A stretch of 37,568 bases of DNA, taken from NCBI GenBank assembly GCA_002480165.1, contig DLBP01000019.1:1-37568 (forward strand). The letters are read 5' to 3'. The notes under the pieces were generated by a model. It was not told the DNA's origin. It saw nothing but the letters and a program-made list of their open reading frames with translations, and ran no database searches. Shown piece by piece: positions 11,852-20,303 of this stretch (its first letter is position 1; every line of letters starts with the position of its first letter). Made by a program: the position numbers and the translations under genes. This stretch comes from Proteobacteria bacterium UBA7821. Lineage in GTDB: Bacteria > Pseudomonadota > Gammaproteobacteria > Comchoanobacterales > Comchoanobacteraceae.

Positions 11852-12531
11852 AGGCTCGCAATTTGGTTGATAATGTTAATGTCAAGAGACGCTCGACCGA
11901 TGAGCAGACCGTCAACCCATTGACTGTTAAGAAAATCAGTGCAATTCGTTAAATCCACGCTGCCGCCATACAGGACAGGGGTGTTTGAATGTGTTTGAGA
12001 TTTGATGAGCGAGTGTATGTGCTCAACTGCATCGGTTGAGGCAGCTTGTTTGCTACCAATTGCCCACACAGGCTCGTATGCAAATATGAGCTGATCAAAA
12101 TTGATCAGTGGTCTAAAACTATCGATTTGTTCGTTAATGACAGTTTCACTTTCGCCGGCACGCCTTTGTTCTTCTGTTTCACCTAGACAGATAATGGGTG
12201 TGATGTTGTGTTCTAGGGCACGTTGATACTGTTCTGATAACTGGTGTCGAGACTCGTGCCAGTGGGTTCGTCGTTCAGAGTGACCAATCAATGTGTATTG
12301 ACAGCCAGCGCTCGCAGCTATGTCTGCTGACAGCTCACCGGTATAGGAGCCTGAGGTGTGCGCAGAAATACACTGTGCACCAATGGTAATGGGGTAGTTA
12401 TTGAGTTGATGAAAGTAGGGTGAAGGTGGTAGGACAATCACGTTTGTGTGTTTTAAACTGCTGATGTATGAATCAACGCCGACAGTCGGCTTGTTCATTT
12501 TCCAGTTGCAAACAATTAACTTTTTTCCCAT
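11845..12531 (-). CDS. tpiA: Triosephosphate isomerase
   Basis: 228 aa with CNWKMN, IGHSERR, AYEPVWAIGS and YGGSV, so all catalytic motifs are present. Its stop overlaps the nuoA start by 7 nt. Confidence 0.93.
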   Translation of the reverse strand: MGKKLIVCNWKMNKPTVGVDSYISSLKHTNVIVLPPSPYFHQLNNYPITIGAQCISAHTSGSYTGELSADIAASAGCQYTLIGHSERRTHWHESRHQLSEQYQRALEHNITPIICLGETEEQRRAGESETVINEQIDSFRPLINFDQLIFAYEPVWAIGSKQAASTDAVEHIHSLIKSQTHSNTPVLYGGSVDLTNCTDFLNSQWVDGLLIGRASLDINIINQIASLC

Positions 12532-12545
12532 AGTTAGCCTTAATT

Positions 12546-12630
12546 TGCCGAAGGTCGGACTCGAACCGACACGATCATAAAGACCACTACCCCCTCAAGG
12601 TAGCGTGTCTACCAATTCCACCACTTCGGC
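12546..12630 (-). tRNA. leuU: tRNA-Leu (anticodon GAG), type II long variable arm
   Basis: Reverse complement reads GCCGAAGTGGTGGAATTGGTAGACACGCTACCTTGAGGGGGTAGTGGTCTTTATGATCGTGTCGGTTCGAGTCCGACCTTCGGCA. Acceptor stem GCCGAAG/CTTCGGC, anticodon loop TTGAGGG, and a GGTTCGAGTCC T-arm. The 5' half closely matches my recollection of E. coli leuU, which also follows secG. No encoded CCA. Confidence 0.93.
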
Positions 12631-12635
12631 GTTGT

Positions 12636-12923
12636 TTACTCAATTACATGTTGACTCCCACTATCGATTGGTAGGGATGATGTGCTAATGTCCTTGTTGA
12701 TGTAACCAATCAGTAGACTCGTCATGAAAAACATGGCGGCTAGAAAGGTCGTTAGTTTAACCAACCCATTGCCGCTGGTCTGCCCTTTGCTGAGAAGGCC
12801 CTGTGAGCTTCCACTGCCAAAGGCGATCCCTAGGTTAGCTCCTTTGCCTTTTTGTAATAAAACCAGTATCATCAGACTGACACAGACTGTGACGTGAGTG
12901 ATGTACAATATTGCTGTTCGCAT
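12636..12923 (-). CDS. secG: Preprotein translocase subunit SecG
   Basis: 95 aa with two TM segments flanking a Gly-rich loop (LLQKGKGANLGIAFGSGSSQGL). The tRNA-Leu(GAG) immediately downstream matches the classical secG-leuU arrangement. Confidence 0.85.
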   Translation of the reverse strand: MRTAILYITHVTVCVSLMILVLLQKGKGANLGIAFGSGSSQGLLSKGQTSGNGLVKLTTFLAAMFFMTSLLIGYINKDISTSSLPIDSGSQHVIE

Positions 12924-13022
12924 TAGGTGAATACCTTTATATCAGTTTACTCTCACTGATCATACGATAAGTAATGATTTATGTCAACAACTGATCTGTC
13001 TGATTCAAATAGTCAAAAGTGC

Positions 13023-13051
13023 TTGCAATGAGGCGGATTGCTGTTTATAAT
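13023..13051 (+). promoter_or_regulatory. Sigma70-type promoter for the rpsF operon (TTGCAA-N17-TATAAT)
   Basis: TTGCAA at 13023..13028, a 17-nt spacer, TATAAT at 13046..13051. GAGGAG SD at 13091..13096, 4 nt before ATG 13101. Confidence 0.6.
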
Positions 13052-13100
13052 AGATCGGTTTTGAGTCAACCATGTCGAGTTATTTAACCTGAGGAGTCGT

Positions 13101-13673
13101 ATGGCATTACAACAAGCAAACGCCAAAAAGCACTACGAGATAGTAGCAATTATACACCCTGATCACAGCGATCAGATCAGTGAGATCATCGATCGATACG
13201 CATTGATCGTTTCGGACAACAATGGAGCGATTCATCGGAAAGAAGACTCCGGGAGAAGGCGACTTGCCTACCCAATACAGAAAGTATATAAAGGTCATTT
13301 TATCCTCTTTAACATCGAAGCCGACATCGAGACGCTTGCCAAACTAGAGTACCAGTTCAAGTACAGTGATCTCGTGCTCAGGTCACTCGTTGTTAAGGTC
13401 GATAAGCCTGCTGTTGGTGATTCAGCTTTATTGAAAACAAATAAAGACAGCCCAAAATCAGGGTCAGAGCGTCAGAGTATCATCGCAAACGCAAGAAAGA
13501 ATGACTTGGACTACAAAGATTCGAGAGCCGTGTCGAAATTCATATTAGAATCGGGCCGCATTATTCCAAACCGCGTTTTAGGTCTGCCAGCTCGCCGTCA
13601 AAGACAAGTGTCAGTTGCTGTCAAGCGCGCTAGGTACCTGTCTCTGGTAGCATACTGTGACCGACATCAATAG
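13101..13673 (+). CDS. rpsF: Ribosomal protein S6 fused in frame to ribosomal protein S18 (single 190-aa ORF)
   Basis: Residues ~9-100 are S6-like (HYEIVAIIHPDHSDQ…RRRLAYPIQK…HFILFNIEA…). Residues ~130-190 are S18-like (LDYKD…ESGRIIPNRV.G…RRQRQV..AVKRARYLSLVAYCDRHQ). I re-translated 13383..13673 codon by codon and found no in-frame stop and no ATG between the two parts. Confidence 0.85.
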   Translation: MALQQANAKKHYEIVAIIHPDHSDQISEIIDRYALIVSDNNGAIHRKEDSGRRRLAYPIQKVYKGHFILFNIEADIETLAKLEYQFKYSDLVLRSLVVKVDKPAVGDSALLKTNKDSPKSGSERQSIIANARKNDLDYKDSRAVSKFILESGRIIPNRVLGLPARRQRQVSVAVKRARYLSLVAYCDRHQ

Positions 13674-13685
13674 TCACTGATTGCT

Positions 13686-14663
13686 ATGGTAGATCAAGCA
13701 GAAAAAAGTTACATCGTTCGTCTTGGAGAGTTCGTACTCAAAGACTACAGATACGCTATTCTAGTGACATTGACACTGGCTTTCTTAGATTACTACATGC
13801 CAATCCTTGGCAGTGTCGTGTGTGTTGTCCTTGGTCTGGTGGTGCTCAATAAGCCTGAACGAGAATCACTATTGTTATCTGTAATCGTAACGATATTGAC
13901 ACTGTTTACGACTTATTACGAACTCCAAGTGTTGCCACCATCCGCAGAAGCACTCAAGTTACCCATGATTCTCATGTCAGCATATGGGCCAGTTGCAACG
14001 TGGCTGGGTTGCTCGATTTTGAGAAAATATAAATCGTTTTCGCTGGTCATCGAAGGGCTAAGTATCTTGGCCATGGTACTGTTGCTGCTTATCTATATTG
14101 TCAATATCGACATTCAGTATGAACTGGCGACGTACATCAATCCTATGCTAAGAGAATTCGCCAACGCAAATCCCACTTATGATACAACCAATCTAAAGGC
14201 TTTGTTGGCTAACAGTCTCATCGGTATTGTCATGTTACCAAAGATGTTGATGGCAGTGATTTACATTGTGTTGGCGTACAAATGGTCATCAGGTCTTGTG
14301 GGTAAGCCGAAAAAGACAAGAGCACTGCTCAAGGTTGTCAAGTTGAGCTATCTATTTTATTTGACAGTCATCGTCGCCTTCCTGTTACTCACACTGCTGA
14401 ATATGATGAGTAACCATCCAGTCAATGCCGCTTTTGTATCGTGTGCTAATTTATTACCAGTTGTGACACTCACTTGCGCTTTCGGTGGGCTGTCCTTATT
14501 CTACCTCTATCTCGATACCACAAAGATGAAAAAGAAACAGAAGCTCATTGCTGAGTGTTTCTTCTACTTCTTTCTTTACATTATGCCCTATTTTCTGGTA
14601 GTGTTAGCAGTCTTGGGTATACTGGGTTCGGGGACGAGTCTGAGAAAAAAACTAACGAAATAG
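13686..14663 (+). CDS. Multi-pass inner-membrane protein of unknown function, possibly DUF2232/YybS-like
   Basis: 325 aa with about 8 hydrophobic segments and a Lys-rich C-terminus. It sits between rpsR and rplI, where Firmicutes carry the DUF2232 protein YybS. The family assignment is inference from context, not motif recognition. Confidence 0.5.
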   Translation: MVDQAEKSYIVRLGEFVLKDYRYAILVTLTLAFLDYYMPILGSVVCVVLGLVVLNKPERESLLLSVIVTILTLFTTYYELQVLPPSAEALKLPMILMSAYGPVATWLGCSILRKYKSFSLVIEGLSILAMVLLLLIYIVNIDIQYELATYINPMLREFANANPTYDTTNLKALLANSLIGIVMLPKMLMAVIYIVLAYKWSSGLVGKPKKTRALLKVVKLSYLFYLTVIVAFLLLTLLNMMSNHPVNAAFVSCANLLPVVTLTCAFGGLSLFYLYLDTTKMKKKQKLIAECFFYFFLYIMPYFLVVLAVLGILGSGTSLRKKLTK

Positions 14664-14673
14664 GAGATTTAAA

Positions 14674-15138
14674 ATGATAGAGCTTTTGCTTTGCGAATCA
14701 ATAGTTAATTTAGGTAGAGTCGGCGACAAAGTGTCTGTATCAGATGGCTACGCAAGAAACTATTTATTGCCTTATGGTAAGGCAGTGGACGTGACTCCGG
14801 AAAATCTAGTGATATTCGAAAAGAAACGCAAAGAGTACGAGAAGAAAGAGGCCGATATACTAGAACAAGCTAAAGTCCTCGCCAAAGCAGTTGAAGCGGT
14901 TGATCTCGTCTTTTCAGAGAAAGTGCTTGAGGATGATGAGTCAAGGCTTTATGGTTCAGTTGGTGGTGTTGACATTGTTCAACAATTCGTCAAACAGGGT
15001 GTTGATGTCAAGAAAAATCAGGTTAATATCGGTGTGGGCGTCATTAAAACAGTCGGTACCTTCGAGTGCTCAATCGCACTGCATTCGGAAGTAGTTGTTA
15101 AAAAAATCGTTACGGTTGAGGCTCTAGTACAAGACTAG
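14674..15138 (+). CDS. rplI: Ribosomal protein L9
   Basis: 154 aa with …VNLGRVGDKVSVSDGYARNYLLPYGKAV…. AGGAG SD upstream. Confidence 0.93.
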   Translation: MIELLLCESIVNLGRVGDKVSVSDGYARNYLLPYGKAVDVTPENLVIFEKKRKEYEKKEADILEQAKVLAKAVEAVDLVFSEKVLEDDESRLYGSVGGVDIVQQFVKQGVDVKKNQVNIGVGVIKTVGTFECSIALHSEVVVKKIVTVEALVQD

Positions 15139-15142
15139 CGCT

Positions 15143-16498
15143 ATGAATAATCCACTTCAACCGGCTACTGCACCACATTCAATAGAAGCAGAACGCTATG
15201 TGATCGGTGGGTTGATGTTGGATGCCGATGCTTGGGAAAGAATTTCTGGTAAAGTAGTCGAGTCAGACTTTTATATCCCCAAACATCAGGTCATATTTAG
15301 TAAAATTGAATCTCTGTATCAGGCGCAGAAGCCGTTTGATACATTAATGTTAGCAGAGTTTCTAAAAAGCCACGACTTACTTGATAAAGCTGGCGGCGAG
15401 TCCTACCTGATCACTTTGGCTAGTGAAACCCCATCGACAGCACACATAGAGGCCTATGCCGATTTGATTCGTGAACGATCAATCTGTCGACAAATAGCTG
15501 ATGTTTGCCAGCAAGGGGCCAAACTGGCTTACCGAATGGGCGACAACAGTTCGAATGATCTACTGAATGAGGTCGAAGCCAATATCTTTGCGATTGGTGA
15601 CCAAACCAGTTCAGTAAAAGGTCCAGAGCCAGTCCAACAAGTGTTAACCAGAACGACAGCAAAAATAGATGAATTGCATGCATCTGGCGGCACGTTTACT
15701 GGCCTCGAAACAGGATTTCGTGACCTCGATAAGCTCGTTCTCGGACTAGAGCCGGGTGATCTTGTTATCGTTGCTGGACGTCCCTCGATGGGTAAAACAC
15801 TGTTTGCAATGAACCTAGTTGAACAAGTTGCCATCAGTAAAAAGCAACCAGCGCTGATTTTCAGTCTTGAGATGTCTGCAGAATCTCTTGTTATGCGGAT
15901 GCTCTCATCCCTAGGCCGCATCCATCAGTCAAAAGTTAGGTCTGGCCAATTAGAAGATGAGGACTGGCCGCGGCTTACTTCAGCGGTTTCTATTGTTTCT
16001 CAGGCGCCCATTTTTATTGATGACATCGCATCCTTGTCACCAACCGAGCTGAGAGCGCGTGTGCGGCGAATGACTCGCAGACACGGGAAATTAGGGATTG
16101 TTGTCGTTGATTACCTCCAGTTAATGCACATGCCTGGTTCAAGAGAATCTAGAACCATTGAAGTATCTGAAATATCTAGAACGCTCAAGTGTGTGGCTAA
16201 AGAAATGGAAGTGCCAATTGTTGTGTTGTCCCAGCTGAATAGAAGTTTAGAGCAACGGCAGGACAAACGACCAGTCATGTCTGACTTACGAGAGTCTGGT
16301 GCAATCGAGCAAGATGCAGACATCATCAGTTTTATTTATCGTGATGAAGTCTACAACGAAGATTCACCCGATAAAGGTGCTGCCGAGATTATCATAGCAA
16401 AACAGAGAAATGGGCCCATCGGTAAGGTTAAATTAACATTTCTAGGCCAGTTTTGCCGTTTTGAAAACTTCAGCTCGATTAATGATGCATCAGTTTAA
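15143..16498 (+). CDS. dnaB: Replicative DNA helicase DnaB
   Basis: 451 aa with PHSIEAERYVIGGLM, Walker A GRPSMGKT, VVVDYLQLM, LSQLNRSLEQR and IIAKQRNGPIG. Confidence 0.95.
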   Translation: MNNPLQPATAPHSIEAERYVIGGLMLDADAWERISGKVVESDFYIPKHQVIFSKIESLYQAQKPFDTLMLAEFLKSHDLLDKAGGESYLITLASETPSTAHIEAYADLIRERSICRQIADVCQQGAKLAYRMGDNSSNDLLNEVEANIFAIGDQTSSVKGPEPVQQVLTRTTAKIDELHASGGTFTGLETGFRDLDKLVLGLEPGDLVIVAGRPSMGKTLFAMNLVEQVAISKKQPALIFSLEMSAESLVMRMLSSLGRIHQSKVRSGQLEDEDWPRLTSAVSIVSQAPIFIDDIASLSPTELRARVRRMTRRHGKLGIVVVDYLQLMHMPGSRESRTIEVSEISRTLKCVAKEMEVPIVVLSQLNRSLEQRQDKRPVMSDLRESGAIEQDADIISFIYRDEVYNEDSPDKGAAEIIIAKQRNGPIGKVKLTFLGQFCRFENFSSINDASV

Positions 16499-16754
16499 TG
16501 CCTCAGTACCAGGAAAAATTGTCTGGCGTGCACGTCGCGGTATTCTTGAACTAGACTGCCTGCTCGTTGCCTTTATCAATGAACATTACTCAACGTTTAC
16601 TGATGCTGAAAAGCAGGCGCTTGAAAATTTGCTAGAGGTGACGGATCCAGAGTTGTATGATTGGGTTGTCTCGTGCCAAGATAGCGGTAATTATCAGCAA
16701 CACACACTCATGATTGAGCGAATGAGAAGTGCTGCTAATGTTATCGATTCCTAA
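16482..16754 (+). CDS. sdhE: FAD assembly factor SdhE (YgfY/CptB family)
   Basis: …WRARRGILELDCLL..F…Y…EK.A.E.LL…D.ELYDW… matches the SdhE/DUF339 pattern. I prefer ATG 16482 (or 16485) over the TTG 16461 of the track. Overlaps the dnaB 3' end by 17 nt. Confidence 0.8.
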   Translation: MMHQFNASVPGKIVWRARRGILELDCLLVAFINEHYSTFTDAEKQALENLLEVTDPELYDWVVSCQDSGNYQQHTLMIERMRSAANVIDS

Positions 16755-16804
16755 TCGCATATACCCCAATGCTTCGCAAAAATACTCAGTCTAAGACCGA
16801 CCGA

Positions 16805-16834
16805 TTGAGCGTTTAATCAATACTGTGCTATAAT
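16805..16834 (+). promoter_or_regulatory. Sigma70-type promoter with extended -10 (TTGAGC-N18-TATAAT)
   Basis: TTGAGC at 16805..16810 and TGcTATAAT with TATAAT at 16829..16834, 15-30 nt upstream of the candidate starts of the secreted-protein ORF. Confidence 0.5.
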
Positions 16835-16848
16835 AGAAGTAACACACA

Positions 16849-17517
16849 GTGAGTATCGACAACATGTTGCACATAATAATAGCCATAGCCTGCCTAACGG
16901 CAACCGTCACAGCATCAAGCCCAATTGATCAGATGAAACAGGTCTTTCTTAATCAAATTGAGCGTGCTACAGTTGTGGACCTATTGCTAGAGCATTTATC
17001 GATACAATTCGTCAACGAACAGTCTGACATTGGTCTGACAGAGTATCAATATTGCTCTGAAATCCCCGGTGATTCTATCTGCTCAGGTAAATCACAAGCC
17101 GTGAATGACGCTGAAAAACAAGTCATTATCCGTACCATTCAGGCAGGGTTTGTTCAAGAAGATAGCATCTTCTCTGATGAAATGGTTGCTTTATTCTCTG
17201 GTAATCTCTGTCTGGTCGTACAATTTAAAAACAATACTGAATACACTGGCATATCACCGCTGATTGCATCTAAACAAATTGTTTTTTGTGCCAAGTCTAC
17301 TGGTGTTGGTCAAGAGTTAATCCATATCAGTTTATTGGGCGAGGTGAACCAAAATCCATCCCATGGTATGATTTCAGGTTGGCGATGCTTCAATAACCCA
17401 GATTTTGAACGCAATGATGGCTTAGCAATGGGCGATGTCGTGATTGATACTGAGGCATATGGTTTTCTTAATAATGCGAAGACCATCTGGAGCATTTGTT
17501 CACGTTCACCTGACTAG
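16849..17517 (+). CDS. Secreted hypothetical protein (Sec signal peptide, six Cys in the mature part)
   Basis: The track ORF starts at GTG 16849, but ATG 16864 (MLHIIIAIACLTATVTA|SSP) is the more likely start. N-terminal hydrophobic signal with a VTA-type cleavage site. I recognise no family. Confidence 0.6.
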   Translation: MSIDNMLHIIIAIACLTATVTASSPIDQMKQVFLNQIERATVVDLLLEHLSIQFVNEQSDIGLTEYQYCSEIPGDSICSGKSQAVNDAEKQVIIRTIQAGFVQEDSIFSDEMVALFSGNLCLVVQFKNNTEYTGISPLIASKQIVFCAKSTGVGQELIHISLLGEVNQNPSHGMISGWRCFNNPDFERNDGLAMGDVVIDTEAYGFLNNAKTIWSICSRSPD

Positions 17518-20303
17518 CCAATGTCTTTTTTTAAGCCAAACAAAGTGTGTCTCGCGATCTCGTAACTGGGTAGTCGAGAGCTTAGTTTCATATCAACAGG
17601 CTGATCATTGAGGATAATTCTCAACTCATATTGTTGTGTGGCTTGGTTCATATGGCGCATATTGGCAGATTCTAATAATCGAAATAAAGCCCAAGGCCCA
17701 CTAGTTGTTTTGAACAGTGTCTCGTCATCGCGTTTGGTTACTTGTAGGATGACTGTGTCCGCCGTTGTTGGTGCTGGCCAGTGAACACCAATTGATGTGC
17801 GTTGACTTGGGTATAACATGATATTTTTACGCTGACTAATGAGGTTAATGTGGTCAATCGTATCAGCACTGGTTGATGCAGTGATACCAAAATCAACCCC
17901 TGGGCGGTCACCCTGTTCATAAAAAGCACCCTGGATTAGCTTCACTTTTGCGCAGTAGTTATAGATGTAATCACTAACAGTGATAGATGGTCGTGTTGAG
18001 TCATTGGCAATCCAACTGCCATCTGTAAAAGTAAAGAATGGCTCGATGTAACGCTGCATGAAAATACTCGCAATACCACTGACTGGGTTGAAGTATGCAT
18101 CAAAGTCATCGATGCTCAGATCAAAGTGACTGTCAGTGTTAATTGGATACAGCTCATTGAGTTTTTCGAGATGATGCTTTTTGATAACATTAGTCCACAC
18201 TGTCTCGACGTGCTGTTTGGCATGCTGTGAAAACAACTCGGTTAAGTGTTGCTTGAGTGAGGTCAAGTATGCGTTAAAACGCTCATCTTCTGCCGTTGAT
18301 TTCATGAACTCGATATTCATACCAGTGGCTTGTTTTTTTGCGATTATAAAGCTTCTGTGATCTGTATTTTTATCGATTATATTCAAGACGACTCGCTGAT
18401 ATTCACTAAGCACTTCCCTGAATTTCTGTATAGTAGACGTTTCGTGGTGTTTCCTTAGCGTGTTTTTTACCAGCTCGTTATGATCATCGCTAAGCCAATC
18501 GGATGCATTGATGGTTTCTAGTCTATTTTCTGGTGACATGGAATCGATATTAGCGATCGTTGTCTCTAGTGCTGCTGCGATCGCCTGATAGCTACTGTCA
18601 TAAGTTGAAAGCTGAATGTTGTCGTGGTTTTGTTGTGAGATGTCAATAATCGCGCTGGTGATTCTGCGTTGATCATCGCTGGATTGGGTTTCAGTATACC
18701 AGCGTTGGAGCGTCTCAAAGAGTGAGGTCTCTTTGAGCTCAAGTGACAGAAGTAACTGGACTCGTTGATCCATATCACTGTGCTGAAATTGAGCGTTAAT
18801 GCTATTGATAAAGCTGGCTTCTTCTTCAGGTCTCGATGCTAAATAGTTCCCAAGCAGCTGGCTATCGGTTTGGTAACTGTGAAATAGGTGTGGTAAAACA
18901 TCACTTAGCGCGAGTGTTTTCTGCGAGACAAGTAGGCGTTTTAGGTCATCAAGGTCATCGCTGTCTTGGGTTAGTAGGTGATCAACCAAGCCCTGGGCAA
19001 GTAGTGGCAATGTATCGGATGATAAGGTCTGTTCAATCTGCTCTGCGAGTGGTTTAAGCGCTTTCAATTGAATGTCTTTGGTGTCAATAAGAGACAAGAG
19101 ACTGTTGTTTTTATCGCTTTGATTAATAGCACTGTGCATGATCTTTTGCTGAATTGTGTAATCTAGTCTTTTGTGTTGATAGGCCGCAAGACAATAAAAA
19201 GGGATGGCACTAATGGCAATGGTTAGCAGCCATTTCTTCTGAGATTTTGGAAGAGTCTTTGCTTGTTCAGTGAATTGATTATACAGGTAGGCAGGCCTCA
19301 GCTGATTAGCCGTTTGTATGGCAGGAAGGCTGTAGTTGACTTGCTGACTGTTGTCAATTAATTGGTCTTCAGTAAATTCTGATAAGTGAGTTAGCGTGAT
19401 TTGACGCAGGCTCGAAGTACCCATGTATAACACAAGGCGCTTGAGTGGTTGCATACAGGCAAATATTTGCCCCGGGAACTCAATCAGGTTGAACCTGGAT
19501 TTTTGTGTTCTAATTTGCGGTAGTCCTTTTTGGATTAAGGTGAACGTGTTGTTGGATTTAAAGTTAAATTGACGAATCAATTCAACAATTTGTTGTTCGG
19601 GAGTTCCCTGGTTGAGTGAGAAAGTTAGCTGTTCTTGTAGTAGATGTGGGTCGATATACTTATTCGCCTCGTGATAACCAATAATTTGGTCGGCATAGCT
19701 AATGACCACGTGGACAGCTGCTGGACACGTTTGAAAACTCTGTATCCAAGGTTGGATTTTATGATTGTTAGCGATGAGGTCAGGAAAGCGCGATACAATG
19801 ACAATTTGGGACAGTTTTTTTCCAACGATGTCGGAGATGATTTCGTGGCAACTGGTAATGCCTGAGCTCGTTTCATCTTGACTGCTGAGTTCTAGAATGA
19901 GTACCTTGTCACTGATGTAGGCTTGCAGTATGTGGGTCCTTTTGTCCTGACTCTGATGGACTTTTGGGCTATATCGCTGCATGATTAACGCTGTTTTTCC
20001 TGACTGGTGATTACCAATGACAAGCACAACAGACTCAATATCACGTTTATATAATTGAACGATCCCTTTGACTTCTTTAGCCAGTTTCTCTTGAAAGACC
20101 TCAGCCCGTCTCTGACGGTTACGTTTCGGATGCAGGTGATGTGTGATAACGCCATAACTGAATAAGCCGATTAAGACGGCAACTCGGCTGACTTCTGCAG
20201 CCAACGGTTGCCAACCATCAATGGCAATTAACGGGCCGTAAAACCAAGTGAATGTTGCGACGAGTAGTAAGCATGAAAGCCGTATAACTTGTATGAGGGT
20301 CAT
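17514..20303 (-). CDS. icmF: IcmF/TssM-family inner-membrane protein with Walker A NTPase domain
   Basis: Two N-terminal TM segments, then a cytoplasmic domain with Walker A GNHQSGKT. A third TM lies near aa 385-405 (WLLTIAISAIPFYCLAAY), followed by a ~545-aa periplasmic C-terminal domain, which is the IcmF/TssM architecture. It directly follows a DotU-like gene. Start chosen at ATG 20303 (ATGA overlap with the dotU stop); the track start is 20366. Confidence 0.65.
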   Translation of the reverse strand: MTLIQVIRLSCLLLVATFTWFYGPLIAIDGWQPLAAEVSRVAVLIGLFSYGVITHHLHPKRNRQRRAEVFQEKLAKEVKGIVQLYKRDIESVVLVIGNHQSGKTALIMQRYSPKVHQSQDKRTHILQAYISDKVLILELSSQDETSSGITSCHEIISDIVGKKLSQIVIVSRFPDLIANNHKIQPWIQSFQTCPAAVHVVISYADQIIGYHEANKYIDPHLLQEQLTFSLNQGTPEQQIVELIRQFNFKSNNTFTLIQKGLPQIRTQKSRFNLIEFPGQIFACMQPLKRLVLYMGTSSLRQITLTHLSEFTEDQLIDNSQQVNYSLPAIQTANQLRPAYLYNQFTEQAKTLPKSQKKWLLTIAISAIPFYCLAAYQHKRLDYTIQQKIMHSAINQSDKNNSLLSLIDTKDIQLKALKPLAEQIEQTLSSDTLPLLAQGLVDHLLTQDSDDLDDLKRLLVSQKTLALSDVLPHLFHSYQTDSQLLGNYLASRPEEEASFINSINAQFQHSDMDQRVQLLLSLELKETSLFETLQRWYTETQSSDDQRRITSAIIDISQQNHDNIQLSTYDSSYQAIAAALETTIANIDSMSPENRLETINASDWLSDDHNELVKNTLRKHHETSTIQKFREVLSEYQRVVLNIIDKNTDHRSFIIAKKQATGMNIEFMKSTAEDERFNAYLTSLKQHLTELFSQHAKQHVETVWTNVIKKHHLEKLNELYPINTDSHFDLSIDDFDAYFNPVSGIASIFMQRYIEPFFTFTDGSWIANDSTRPSITVSDYIYNYCAKVKLIQGAFYEQGDRPGVDFGITASTSADTIDHINLISQRKNIMLYPSQRTSIGVHWPAPTTADTVILQVTKRDDETLFKTTSGPWALFRLLESANMRHMNQATQQYELRIILNDQPVDMKLSSRLPSYEIARHTLFGLKKDIG

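Noticed and set aside
12941-12960. An inverted repeat ATCAGT-N8-ACTGAT just upstream of the secG start.
   Set aside because: It is only 6 bp and AT-rich, with no U-tract or conserved motif. That is too weak to call a regulatory hairpin.
16821-16850. TACTGT…ACACAGT partial palindrome around the -10 of the secreted-protein promoter, considered as a LexA-type site.
   Set aside because: The spacing between CTGT and ACAG is about 19 nt, not 8, so it does not fit an SOS box.
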